Positions 1 to 10,146 of a stretch of 64,000 nt of DNA are shown here, in pieces. The notes under the pieces were generated by a model that saw only the letters and a list, made by a program, of their open reading frames with translations, searched no databases and was not told the DNA's origin. Within the stretch, counting starts at the first letter, position 1. Each line of letters starts with the position of its first letter. The position numbers and the translations under genes are program-made. Source of the DNA: an uncultured Planctomycetota bacterium (GTDB lineage: Bacteria; Planctomycetota; Planctomycetia; Isosphaerales; Isosphaeraceae); the NCBI GenBank assembly GCA_963845755.1, contig CAWJTV010000011.1:608001-672000 (forward strand), in the 5' to 3' direction.

Positions 1-369
1 AGCTTTCGCAACGGGCCGATCGACGTGAGCGGCGGCAAGGTCGCCGGCTCGCCGGTACTGGCGGAGCCGTGGGCACCGGTCGGTACGCTCGACGTGAAGA
101 CTGACGCCGTCACGGGCAAGGTTACCGGCACGTTAACGTTCCGGCCCGGGGTTGTCCTCCAGATCTCGGGCCAGTTCATCCTCGCCGACGACCCGCTCCC
201 GGCCTCCGTCGAGATCCGTGGAGAGGGGCTCGGCGCCGTCTACCAGATCAAGGGGTGGTTCGTTCCCGACGGTGACCACCTCGTCGGCTCCGTGCTCTGC
301 CTCGCGGGTGATCTCGCCCAGCAGCCGGTCGGGACGGTCGGGCCATTCGCTCTATTCCGGACGAATTGA
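1..369 (+). CDS. Hypothetical protein, 5'-truncated by the window edge
   Basis: Frame 1 is open from base 1 (SFRNGPIDV...) to TGA at 369; GC3-rich codons; no family recognised. Confidence 0.55.
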   Translation, partial: SFRNGPIDVSGGKVAGSPVLAEPWAPVGTLDVKTDAVTGKVTGTLTFRPGVVLQISGQFILADDPLPASVEIRGEGLGAVYQIKGWFVPDGDHLVGSVLCLAGDLAQQPVGTVGPFALFRTN

Positions 370-818
370 TCGCCCGGGGCAGGCGGGTCGAACCGGACGA
401 GACTCTCACCCTCAAGGGACATACGAACGGAGCAACGAGCGTGGCGTTCAGCCCTGATGGCCAACGGATAGCCTCCGCCAGCACTCTCCCAGACCCGACG
501 GTGAAGGTTTGGGACGCCGTGACCGGACAGGAAATCCACACTCTCAAGGGACACACTCACTCCGTTGTCCGCGTGGCATTCAGCCCCGACGGCCAGCGGA
601 TAGCCTCCGCCAGTGGGGATAAGACGGTGAAGGTTTGGGACGCCGTGACCGGCCAGGAAACCCTTACCCTTAATGGGCATACGGGGGGTGTCATCAGTGT
701 GGCGTTCAGCCTCGACGGCCAGCGGCTCGTCTCGGTCGGTGAGGACGGGACGGTAAAGGTGTGGGACGCGCGGCCGCTCGACGCCGAACCTGCGAAATCC
801 GGCCCAACCCCACGTTGA
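366..818 (+). pseudogene. WD40-repeat fragment (about 3 repeats), probably the C-terminal remnant of a larger protein
   Basis: Three repeats of LKGHT..V.SVAFSPDGQRIASAS.D.TVKVWDA; too few for a full propeller; no convincing start. Confidence 0.7.
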
Positions 819-999
819 GGGAGCCTCGCAACCACTCCTCGGATTGCGGCCTGGACTCGCGGCAGATCCTGATGCTGCCCCGCGAGTCGTCAGGCCAGTG
901 CGGGTGTCAGGAACCCTTCGACGTCTTGGTCGATTTCAAGAATCGGGACTGGCTCCAGCTTTCTCCCACGACTGGGACATCTTCAGGGTGGCGCGAACG

Positions 1000-1175
1000 A
1001 TGGACCCGAACCTGCGGAAGGAACACTTGAGAAACGCCTATTTCCGTGCTGGCACCGCCGCAGCCGGGTTTCAGGTCTACAAGCCGGAGCCCGACGTCGA
1101 TAAGATGGACGGGGGCATCGCCGCGCCGGGTCCGAAGAAGACGGTCCGATTACCCAAGGTCGAGATTCCACTCAA
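1000..1175 (+). pseudogene. DUF4365-like N-terminal remnant
   Basis: MDPNLRKEHLRNAYFRAGTAAAGFQVYKPEPDVDKMD...RLPKVEIPL resembles the DUF4365 N-terminus; similarity then stops. Confidence 0.5.
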
Positions 1176-1269
1176 CGAGTACAAAAGACGAGGCACCAAT
1201 CCGAGAGGCTCGCCCTACCTTGCAGAGGGGGCGCGAGTGGACATCCGGGACCGGAGTCGGGAGAAGGAA

Positions 1270-1557
1270 ATGGCCACAGTGATCGTCGAAGTACCGGACA
1301 GCGCGTTTTCGGCGTTGCGGCGTTCTCCCGAGGAATTCGCTCGGGAGATGCGCATTGCCGCGGCGATTCAGTGGTATCATCAGGAGTTGATCTCGCAAGG
1401 AATGGCTGCCGAGATCGCGGGATTGAGCCGGGCGGATTTCCTTGACGCCTTGTTCCGCGCGAAGGTGCCGGCCAGCCAGGTCACCATCGAAGAGTTGCAG
1501 GAGGAGCTCGAATCGTGGCAACGCCGCTCCGGCGAATTGTCAACACCTCGCCCTTGA
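1270..1557 (+). CDS. UPF0175-family putative antitoxin
   Basis: AAGGA RBS before ATG 1270; EEFAREMRIAAAIQWY..ELISQGMAAEIAGLSRADFL helix-turn-helix signature; overlaps the PIN gene. Confidence 0.8.
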   Translation: MATVIVEVPDSAFSALRRSPEEFAREMRIAAAIQWYHQELISQGMAAEIAGLSRADFLDALFRAKVPASQVTIEELQEELESWQRRSGELSTPRP

Positions 1558-2006
1558 TCCTGCTGTCCAAGGTGGGGCGGCTCGACCTGCTCCGCGCCGG
1601 GGTACCCGATATCCTCGTTCCGGACGCCGTGTTCCAGGAAGTGGCCGCGCGAGGACCCACCGACCCGGTCTTGCTTGCGATTCAGCGGGCGATGTGGTTG
1701 AAGATCGTTCCCTCGCCTGCGACTCCACCCCAAGTACTGGCCTGGAACCTCGGTGCGGGAGAGAGTTCCGTGCTCACGGTGGCTCTGACCGATCCGGACT
1801 GCGAGGCGATCCTCGACGACCGCGATGCGCGTCGATGTGCCCAGGCCCTGGGAGTCGGATTCCGAGGCACAGTCGGCCTGGTCATTCTGGCGAAGCAAAT
1901 CGGGACACTCCCGTTGGCTCGTCCCGTGGTCGAACAATTGAGGCGATCCGGCCTTTTCTTGACTGATGACCTCGCCAACCGGGCCCTGGCCTTGGTCGGG
2001 GAGTAA
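1515..2006 (+). CDS. DUF3368-family PIN-domain protein (putative toxin)
   Basis: IVNTSPLI, IPxAVxxE-like VPDAVFQE, LGAGES, ILDDRDARRCA and GTVGLV motifs. Confidence 0.85.
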   Translation: MATPLRRIVNTSPLILLSKVGRLDLLRAGVPDILVPDAVFQEVAARGPTDPVLLAIQRAMWLKIVPSPATPPQVLAWNLGAGESSVLTVALTDPDCEAILDDRDARRCAQALGVGFRGTVGLVILAKQIGTLPLARPVVEQLRRSGLFLTDDLANRALALVGE

Positions 2007-2260
2007 TGCCTTATGCCCAAGCTCACATGTGGAGTGGCTCCGCAACGCGGCCCACGATGTGGTCCACCTACGCGAGGAGGGGTTGCAGCGCCTCCCGAAC
2101 GGCGAGATCTTTCAGAAGGCGCACGCCGAGCAGCGCCATCCCGACCTTCGATCTGGACCTCAACGAAATCCTTGCCAGGACTGCGCGTCAGATCGTCAGC
2201 GTGATTCTCTTCCGCTTGCGCGTCACCCGTACCGAGCACGTCGCTGCCACCCCCCCTCTT
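2004..2260 (+). pseudogene. DUF5615-family PIN-like remnant
   Basis: VEWLRNAAHDVVHLREEGLQRLPNGEIFQKA in one frame, TFDLDLNEIL...SVILFRL in the next; N- and C-termini missing. Confidence 0.6.
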
Positions 2261-2296
2261 GGCCTCGGGTCCGGCTCGCGGTATGATCCGGGTACT

Positions 2297-3797
2297 ATGG
2301 AACCCACCTCCTATGATTTGATCGTGATCGGATCCGGCCCGGCGGGCGAGAGCGCGGCGGCGGCGGCGGCGCTGTTCGGCAAGCGGGTGGCGATGATCGA
2401 GAAGAGCCCGCTCGTCGGCGGCGCGTCGGCCAATACCGGGACGCTGCCGAGCAAGACCCTCCGCGAGACGGCCCTGGCCATCTCCGGGCTCAAAGCGCGC
2501 GACCTCTACGGCGTGGACCTCTCCCTACGCCGCGAGGCCACCGTGGCCGAGTTCATGTTCCACGAGCGGCGGGTCTCGGCCAGCGAGCGGAAGCGCGTCG
2601 AGCGCAGCCTCTCGCGGCACGGCGTCGTGTTGTACCACGGGATGGCCTCGTTCCTCGATCCCCACACCATTCGCGTCGTCACCGAGGTCCACAACCGGGA
2701 CGGCGGCGGGGGGCACGGCGGCGAGCCGATAGGCCATCATCACAACCACGGCCACGGGCCCGCTCGGACCTGCGAGATCCGCCTGCACGGAGAGACCATC
2801 CTGATCGCGACCGGGTCTTCGCCCGTGCGGCCCCCGGGGTTTCCCTTCGATCATCCCCGGGTTCTCGACTCCGACACGATCCTCCAGCTCGATCGCCTGC
2901 CCCGGTCGCTGGCGGTCATCGGCGCGGGTGTGATCGGCAGCGAGTATGCCTGCACATTCGCCGCGCTGGGGACCGAGGTCTGGATCGTCGACGGCCGCCA
3001 GGAGCTGATGCCGTTCCTCGATCACGAGGTGGCGCGGCGCACTCGAAGAGGCCATGCACCGGCAGCTCGGCATCGAGTTCCTCTGGAAGAATCACGTCAC
3101 CCGGTGCGAGGCGCACGATTACGGGGACATTACCCTGGAGTTCGACACGGGGGGCCGGCTCTGCGTCGACGCCGTGCTCGTGGCGGCGGGGCGGTCCAGC
3201 AATACCGAGGCGCTCAACCTCGCCGTCGCGGGCATCGAGCACGGCCCGCGCGGGCTCCTGAAAGTCGATGAGCATTATTGCACCAGCGTCGGGCATATCT
3301 ACGCCGCCGGCGACGTCATCGGCTTCCCTGCGCTGGCCTCCACCAGCATGGAGCAGGCCCGCGTCGCCATGTGCCACGCTTTCCATCTCAACTACAAGAC
3401 CGACCTGGCCCCCATCCTCCCCACCGGGATCTACACGATTCCCGAGGTCAGCATGGTCGGCGCGACCGAGGCGCAGCTCAAGGCCCAGGCGGTCGATTAC
3501 GTCGTCGGCCTCGCCTCGTATGCCCACTGCGCCCGCGGCGAGATCATCGGCGATCAGACCGGGTTCCTCAAGCTCTTGTTCCGCCGCGAGGACATGAAGC
3601 TCGTGGGCGTGCACGTCATCGGCGAGCAGGCCTCGGAGGTCGTGCACGTCGGCGTCGTGGCCATGCTCGCCGAAGGCACCGCCCAGCTCTTCAACCGCTC
3701 CTGCTTCAATTTCCCCACCCTGGGCGACCTCTACAAGATCGCTACCTACGACGCCCTCCAGAAGCGCGAGCACGGGGCAGTGGTCCGTAGTCCGTAA
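2297..3797 (+). CDS. sthA: Soluble (Si-specific) pyridine nucleotide transhydrogenase; frameshift near 3040
   Basis: YDLIVIGSGPAG, GTLPSKTLRE, IGAGVIGSEYA, YAAGDVIGFPALASTSMEQAR, GIYTIPEVS and FNFPTL; lacks the CxxxxC disulfide. Confidence 0.85.
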
Positions 3798-3829
3798 GGA
3801 TTCCCCCCACCGGCAGGAGCCTTTCACCC

Positions 3830-4486
3830 ATGGCCACCGCGACCGAGACCGAGACGATCGCCGATCTACTCGAGCGACTCGGAAACATTCCCGCGAGGAG
3901 AGTGCGCTCCCGGCCTGCGCCCGGCACGGCCACCGAACGCGATGTCATCGCCATCCACGACCGCGAGAACCGGCTCTTCGAGCTGGTCGACGGCACGCTG
4001 GTGGAGAAAGTCATGGTCTTCGATGAATCGATTTACGCCGTCTACCTGGCCGGCTCAATGCTCAAATACCTCGAGACCCACGACGTGGGCAAGATCGTCG
4101 GCGCCGACGGCATGATGCGGCTCTTTCCCGGCCTGGTGCGGATTCCCGACGCGGCATTCATCTCGTGGGGCGCTATCCCAAGAAGAAGCGGAAACGGGGC
4201 GAGATCCCGACGGTCGCGCCCGACCTGGTCGTCGAGGTACTCAGCAAGGGGAATACCCCCAGGGAAATGGCGCAAGCTCGACGAATACTTCCGGGTCGGC
4301 GTCCGGCTCGTCTGGTACGTCGATCCCAAGAAGCGGACCGTCCGGGTCTATACCGCGCGCGATCGTTGGGTCGTTCTCCGAGAGGACCAGACTCTGGACG
4401 GCGGCGATGTCCTGCCGGGCTTCTCGCTCTCACTTCGCGACTGGTTCGCCGAGGCCGAGCGGACCGGGCCGCGGCGCGGAAAGTAG
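3830..4486 (+). CDS. Uma2/DUF820-family endonuclease-like protein; two compensating frameshifts at about 4170 and 4270
   Basis: ELVDGTLVEK, VRIPDAAFISW, APDLVVEVLSKGNT (alternate frame), EYFRVGVRLVWYVDP, LDGGDVLPGF. Confidence 0.85.
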   Translation: MATATETETIADLLERLGNIPARRVRSRPAPGTATERDVIAIHDRENRLFELVDGTLVEKVMVFDESIYAVYLAGSMLKYLETHDVGKIVGADGMMRLFPGLVRIPDAAFISWGAIPRRSGNGARSRRSRPTWSSRYSARGIPPGKWRKLDEYFRVGVRLVWYVDPKKRTVRVYTARDRWVVLREDQTLDGGDVLPGFSLSLRDWFAEAERTGPRRGK

Positions 4487-4718
4487 GCGGATGCCGACGC
4501 ACCGAAGTGCGGCCGGAGACGAAACCGTTGCGGATCCGGGGCCGCCGATTTACTGTGAGAGAGTGGTCTGCAAGACGAAGCGAGAGAATCCCGCCGAGTC
4601 GCCGGGACGACCGCAGCACCCCCAGGCCGGCCTCCCACCGGGCCAGCAACCCCAGAGCCCAAGGCCCCCGAGTTAGACTCGTGCGGATGATCGATCCATC
4701 GACCAGAGAGAATTCATC

Positions 4719-5699
4719 ATGACTCAGAACTCGAATCGCTCCTGGATGCCCCGCGCAACCCTCGCCCTCCTGGTGACGGGAGGCCTGCTGGCGCTGTCCG
4801 CCACGCCCAACCTCGCCCGGGCTCAGCAGAAAAAGGACGAGAAGAAGGTCGAGGCGAAGAAGCCCGAGGCCAAGCCTCAAGCCAAGCCCGAGGCCAAGAA
4901 ACCCGAGGCCAAGAAACCCGAGGCCAAGAAACCCGAGGCCAAGAAACCCGAGGCCAAGAAACCCGAGGCCAAGCCTCAAGCCAAGCCCGAGGCCAAGAAG
5001 CCCGACCCCAAACCTCAGCCCAAACCCGAGGCCAAGAAGGCCGACGCCAAGCCGGCTCCGGTTGTCACGCCGGTTGCCGCCCCGGCCACCGCGAAACCGG
5101 CCGCCGATGATCCGGCCAAGCTGAAGTCGCAGGTGGCGGCCCTGGAGAAGGAGGTCGCCACGCTGAAGCTCAAGATCGTGACGCTCGAGCTCGAGAAGCT
5201 CGGCGCCATGGTCAGCATCGACAAGGCGAAGGACGGCAAGGAAACGGCGACGGTCAACATCCTCAAGAAGTGGTCGGGCGACAAAGACTCGCTGCAACTC
5301 TTGAAGACCGTGCCCCATCTTCAGGTCGTCTACATCGACAATGAACAGATCAACGACGCGGCGATCACCCCGCTCAAAGATCTGCCCGGCCTGAGTGCGC
5401 TCACCTTGATGAGCCCGCAGGTGACCGATGCCGCGCTCGACAACCTCAAGGGGTTGAATGGCCTGACGATGCTGTTCTTGACCCGATCGAAGGTCGGCGA
5501 CAAGGGCCTGCCGAGTCTCAAGGGGCTCAAGAACCTCCAGGTGCTGGCCTTGAGCCGCACCCAGGTCACCGACGCCGGACTCGACGCTCTGAAAGATCTC
5601 AAGAGCCTCAAGTCGGTCTACCTGATCGGCACCAAGGTGACCCCGCAGGCCGTCGACAAGCTCAAGCAGGCGATCCCTGGAGTCGCGGTTTACAAGTAG
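4719..5699 (+). CDS. Exported protein with a Lys/Pro/Glu/Ala repeat linker, a coiled coil and C-terminal leucine-rich repeats
   Basis: Signal peptide ending LARA-Q; (EAKKP)n; about five 24-aa LRRs such as LKGLKNLQVLALSRTQVTDAGL. Confidence 0.8.
   Translation: MTQNSNRSWMPRATLALLVTGGLLALSATPNLARAQQKKDEKKVEAKKPEAKPQAKPEAKKPEAKKPEAKKPEAKKPEAKKPEAKPQAKPEAKKPDPKPQPKPEAKKADAKPAPVVTPVAAPATAKPAADDPAKLKSQVAALEKEVATLKLKIVTLELEKLGAMVSIDKAKDGKETATVNILKKWSGDKDSLQLLKTVPHLQVVYIDNEQINDAAITPLKDLPGLSALTLMSPQVTDAALDNLKGLNGLTMLFLTRSKVGDKGLPSLKGLKNLQVLALSRTQVTDAGLDALKDLKSLKSVYLIGTKVTPQAVDKLKQAIPGVAVYK
4851..5040 (+). repeat. In-frame 15-bp tandem repeat GAGGCCAAGAAACCC (5 perfect units at 4890-4964, plus variants)
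   Basis: Read directly from the sequence. Confidence 0.95.
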
Positions 5700-5767
5700 C
5701 GTGCTCGGCGAGCACCATTCCTCTCCTCGCGGTTTGTCCCGAAGCCGGTTCTCGTAGAGCACTCTAC
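5696..5767. repeat. Degenerate GTAG-type REP doublet between convergent genes
   Basis: GTAGCGTGCTCGGCGAGCACC ... GGTTCTCGTAGAGCACTCTAC; same family as 12627, 31350 and 49474. Confidence 0.6.
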
Positions 5768-7622
5768 GGGACCGGCATTGGCCGTTTAGTCGGCGATCGC
5801 GAGTGAAGCCCACGCAGTCCGTCTGCGCGGCGAGGCGGACGCCGGGGACGCTCCGGCATCCGCCCCATGCAGCGGTCGAACGTCACGAGCGTGAGCCCGA
5901 GCACCAGCACGGCGAAGAGCAACGTCACCAGGAGCAGGAGGACTTCCCCGATGTAATACGTCAGACGGCTTTGCGAAGGCGGCCAGGTCGCCGTCTCGAA
6001 TGGCAAGAGCTGGCCGCCGAGTGGGCAGGCACTGGCGAGGATCTGGGAGAAGTATTCTTCCGCCTTGTGGTCATCCGGCCCGAACAGGCCGAGCCAGATC
6101 AGGAACGGTGTGAGGAACTGCAGCTCGAGGATGATGATCCAGGCGAAGGCGACGAAGGCGTAGCTCGCGACGCTCACGGCCACGGCGCGGCCCAGTCGCC
6201 GCATCCAGGTCGCCAGCGCCAGGCCGACGCTCGTGACCGCCGCGCCCTGGACCAGCAGGAATGCCACGGGGAAGATCGCAAACGCGATGCGGTCGATCGC
6301 GGTCAAGGGCGCGGACGGCGGCTGTCGAAGGCCGTGAACCGATTCCGGCGCTCTCACCGCGATCACGATCGCCCCGATCATTGGAAGAAAGGCCAGCGCC
6401 GGCACCACCCGATAAGCTCCCCACCACTTGGCCAGGACGATCCGGTGGGTCGGCAAGGGGGTCGTCATCAGCACGTCGAGGCTGCCGCGCATTCGCTCCT
6501 CGGCCAGCACTGTGGGTGCCATGAGGCTGACCAGCAGCAGGCCGAACGTCGCCTGAAGACCAGCGTCCATCGCGAGAAACCGCTGCCCGTTCGGGTAATC
6601 GTCGGAGATCGTGGCGAGTCCCAAGCCGGTCCCGGCCAGCGAGCCGGCGATGAAGAGGCCCCAGACGACCCGAGCCATCCGCGACGGTCGGCTCCGCCGC
6701 CACTCGCGCCAGAGGACGGGGTTCTTATCCAGTGATGGACTCGGGAACCAGGCGCTCAGCCGCCTGCCGACCTGGCCCAGCCGCGCCGACCATCGCGCAA
6801 TCCTTGTGGCCGATCGGTTCGTCAGATCGGACCGGAGCCGGAGCACGGCGTAGCCGACCAGCCCGGCTGAGAGCACGAGTAGCCCGCCCAGGATCGCCGG
6901 GAGGAACGCACCGCTCACATAAGTCGGCCAGGCGTAAGGGGCCCACGCCAGCACGAACGGGTTGATTTTGATGAACCAGTCGGGCACCACGGGGAGCACC
7001 CCGGGCGACCTCAGCAAGTCCCAGACCACCGGACCCAGCACCCAGGCGGACTCGATCGCATAGACGACCATCAAGACCTCGTGCGTCCTGGTCGCCCGGA
7101 CCGAGACGGCCATGGCCAGCGCGCAGCCGAAGACGGCCAGGACCACCGTGATCAAGGTCAGGGCCAGGATCGCGTCGATGATGACCCCGCCGAGCAGTCC
7201 GGCCAGCGCCAGCACGGGCACCGTGGCGGCCATCAGGGCGAAGACCGGCATCAGCCGCGCGGCCAGCTTGCCCAGCACGATCTCGGTGCTGGATAGGTCG
7301 GTGACCAGCATGTGGGTGAGGCTGCCCGCGCGCGGTCCTGGCAAATCGCGCCGGCGGTCGCGGCCGGTGCGACCAGCAGCACCAGCGCGATCTGGGTCGT
7401 CGCGATGGCGTAGTAGAAGAGCTGACCCAATTCGGCCAGTCGCTGGATCGTGGACGCGCCGCGGTGGTTGGCAGGCATCGTGCCCAGCATGTACCAGGCC
7501 ATCGCCATCGCGACCAGGAGGCCCAGGACGAAGAACGATCGCAACGCGTAGACCTGCCAGCGCCGGGTGGCGGCGATCGATTCGTGGATGAAGACGGGCC
7601 CGGGTCCCCAGCGCATCGACAT
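5764..7622 (-). CDS. ABC-2-type transporter permease with two permease modules; frameshift near 7335
   Basis: APAATAGAIC..R..GSLTHMLVTDLSSTEIVLGKLAARL and LAEERMRGSLDVLMTTPLPTHRIVLAKW; many TM segments. Confidence 0.8.
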
Positions 7623-7760
7623 CGGCGTCCCTCCGTGTAGCCATCGATCCGCGGGATTCCCCCGAAAGCGAGGCACCCATCGGATGACGGAAGATATCAG
7701 AGAGACGCGCCCGTTGACAACCTCACGACGGCGGCAGCTCTTCGAAATTCGTTAACCGCT

Positions 7761-9959
7761 CTAACTTGTGGTGTAACTCCCGTAGATGTTGTCATTGGAG
7801 GTCGTGGCGAAGTTGCCGACGACCTTGGTCTTGTTCGAGAGCGTCACGGTGCCCGCGGAGATATACAGGCCGCCGCCGATCCCCTGACCGCCACCGCTGC
7901 CGCCGTTGGCCGCGTTGAGGGTGATCAGGACGTTGGAGAAGGAGGCCGTGCCGGAGTTGTAGACGCCGCCGCCCTCGCCATTGCCGCCCCCGGCGCCGCC
8001 GATAGCCTGGTTGCCCAAGATCGCGCTATCCGTGACGGTGAGTGTCGAGCCCGAACTGCTCTGGATGCCACCCCCCTCGCCGGAGCCGCTGGTGGCGCCA
8101 TTGGACGCGGCGCCGCCCGTGGCGACATTGCCCGCGATGCTACTGTTGGTCATCGTGAGACTCGCCGATTCGTTCTGGATCGCGCCACCTTCGCCGGGGC
8201 CGGCCTGGCCACCGGCGATGGTGTCGGAGCCGCCGGTCGCGCTGTTGCCGAGGAAGCTGGAGTCGGTCACGGTCGCGGTCGCGCCGAGGAAATTGACCAG
8301 GCCGCCGCCGGCACCGAAACCGCCGAAGGAGCTTCCCGAAGTGGCGCCGGCGCCGCCAATGGCCCTATTGCCGGCCAGGAGGCTGGACGAGAGGTTTAGC
8401 GTGGCATCGGAGTACTGGTTGATGATGGCCCCGCCCAGGCCAAATCCTCCACCGCCTCCGCCCTGGACCAGGTTGTTCGTGAACGTGCTGCCGCTGATGG
8501 TCAGCACGGCTGGCTGATAGCCGCCTGAGGTTGGCGATCGCCCCGCCGACCGCCGGTTGCACCCAGAGTGGAGGCGTTCGAGGCGACAGCCTGATTGCCG
8601 GCGAACAGACTGCCGGTGATGCTGCCCTGCAACAGCCCCTCGAGGTCCAGCGCACCGCCCTGCGCCGGTCCGGTCGAGGTCGCGCTATTGTTGACGAACG
8701 AGCTGTCCGACACCGAGATAGTCGCGAAGAGGTCGGTATGGATGGCGCCGCCGTCGCCGATGCCGTAGGAGCCCGTCCCGATGGCCTGGTTGCCCTCGAA
8801 AGTGGTGTCGGTGATGGTCAGGACGTTCGCCGCCGACTTGACGAAGCCGGTCTCCATCGAGATGCCTGCGCCCAGGGCCAGCGAGCCCGAGGCGGTGTTA
8901 TTCGCGATGCGGCTCCCGGTGACGGTTACGTCCGCGCTCTCGGAGACGATCCCGGCGCCGAAGGCCTGGCCGCCACTCGCACTCTGATCGATCGTGTTGT
9001 TCTCGATCGAGCTGTCGGTGACCGTCAATGTCGGGACGGGCGATTCGTACGGACGCCCGAAGATCTCGACGCCGCCGCCCGTGTTGCCGCTGACCTGGCA
9101 GTTGGTCAGATACAAGTTGGCGTAGGCGTTGTCGACGGCCGCGCTTCCGCCGCCGGAGGTGTTGCCGCTGACCGTGCAGTTGGTGAGACTGACCGCCTGG
9201 CCCGAGCCCACCACGGCGGCGCCGAAGTTGGCCGAGTTGTCGTTGACGGTGCGAGTTGGTGAGACTGACCGCCCCATTGAAACTGGAGATCCACCGCCGA
9301 ATTCGGCCGAGTTGCCGGAGAGGGTGCTGTCGGTGATCGTCAGCGTGCCGCCCGTGTAGACGCCCCCGCCAAGGTCGTTGCTCGTGTTGTGGGAGATCGT
9401 CGAACCGGAGATCGTCAGTGTGCCGTTATTGAAAATCCCGCCGGCGCCGTAAATCCCCGGGGCTGGACACGACGGAGTTGCCCGTGACGACGCAGTCGGA
9501 GACGGTCAGCGTGCCGTAGTTCGTGATGCCTCCGGCACCGTAGCCGCCCGAGATCGCGAACGAGCCGTCGGTGACGGTCAGGCCCGAGATCGTGGCCGTC
9601 ACGCCGCCCGCGACGTCGAACACACTCGACTGGTTATCGCCGCTGACGGAGACGTGCTTGGCCCCGGGCCCGTCGATGTTCACGCTCGTGGCGACCTCCA
9701 ACGGGCCGCTGCTCAGGGTGATCGTCCCGTAGCGCGCTGCGCGGCGAACTTGATCGTGTCGCCCGAGCTGGCCTCGGTGATCGCGGCGCGGAGCGAACCA
9801 GCGCCGTTGTCATTGTCATTGGTGACCGTGATCGTGCTCAGCAGCTCACGGACCTCCAGTGGGATGAGCCGCGGGGCAAACCGCCACACCGGTCGGCGAC
9901 GGGCCCTCCAAGCGGTCGCGGAGAGCTGATTGCTTGTTGCGCGGTCTGTTCATGAACAT
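7761..9959 (-). CDS. Gly-rich beta-helix (Pmp-like GGAI/FxxN) extracellular protein, paralog 1; several frameshifts
   Basis: [23 protein letters not shown] leader; repeated GGAI...LTVTDSxFxGN; C-terminus [23 protein letters not shown]. Confidence 0.75.
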
Positions 9960-10146
9960 CGTGGAACTCCCTGCTGTTGAAAACATAAGGCACGAGTGCA
10001 AACGACATGGCCCTGCCCGGAGGGGAGAACCAGGCTGCGTCCGAACCGTCACGATCGCGAGCAACCTGAGGTCGCCCGTCGAATGGCACCGGCCCGGACC
10101 GAGCCCCTCCGCCGCTGCGGCACTGACGATGCAGGTTGAGAGAGCG

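Noticed and set aside
844..1557. 237-aa ORF as a single fusion protein
   Set aside because: Better explained as a DUF4365-like stub in frame with a UPF0175 gene that has its own RBS and ATG at 1270
2006..2296. N-terminal extension of sthA in the ORF track
   Set aside because: This region carries the DUF5615 remnant; SthA similarity starts at ATG 2297
4173..5813. 546-aa minus-strand ORF with LGLGF repeats
   Set aside because: Antisense shadow of the (EAKKP)n LRR gene
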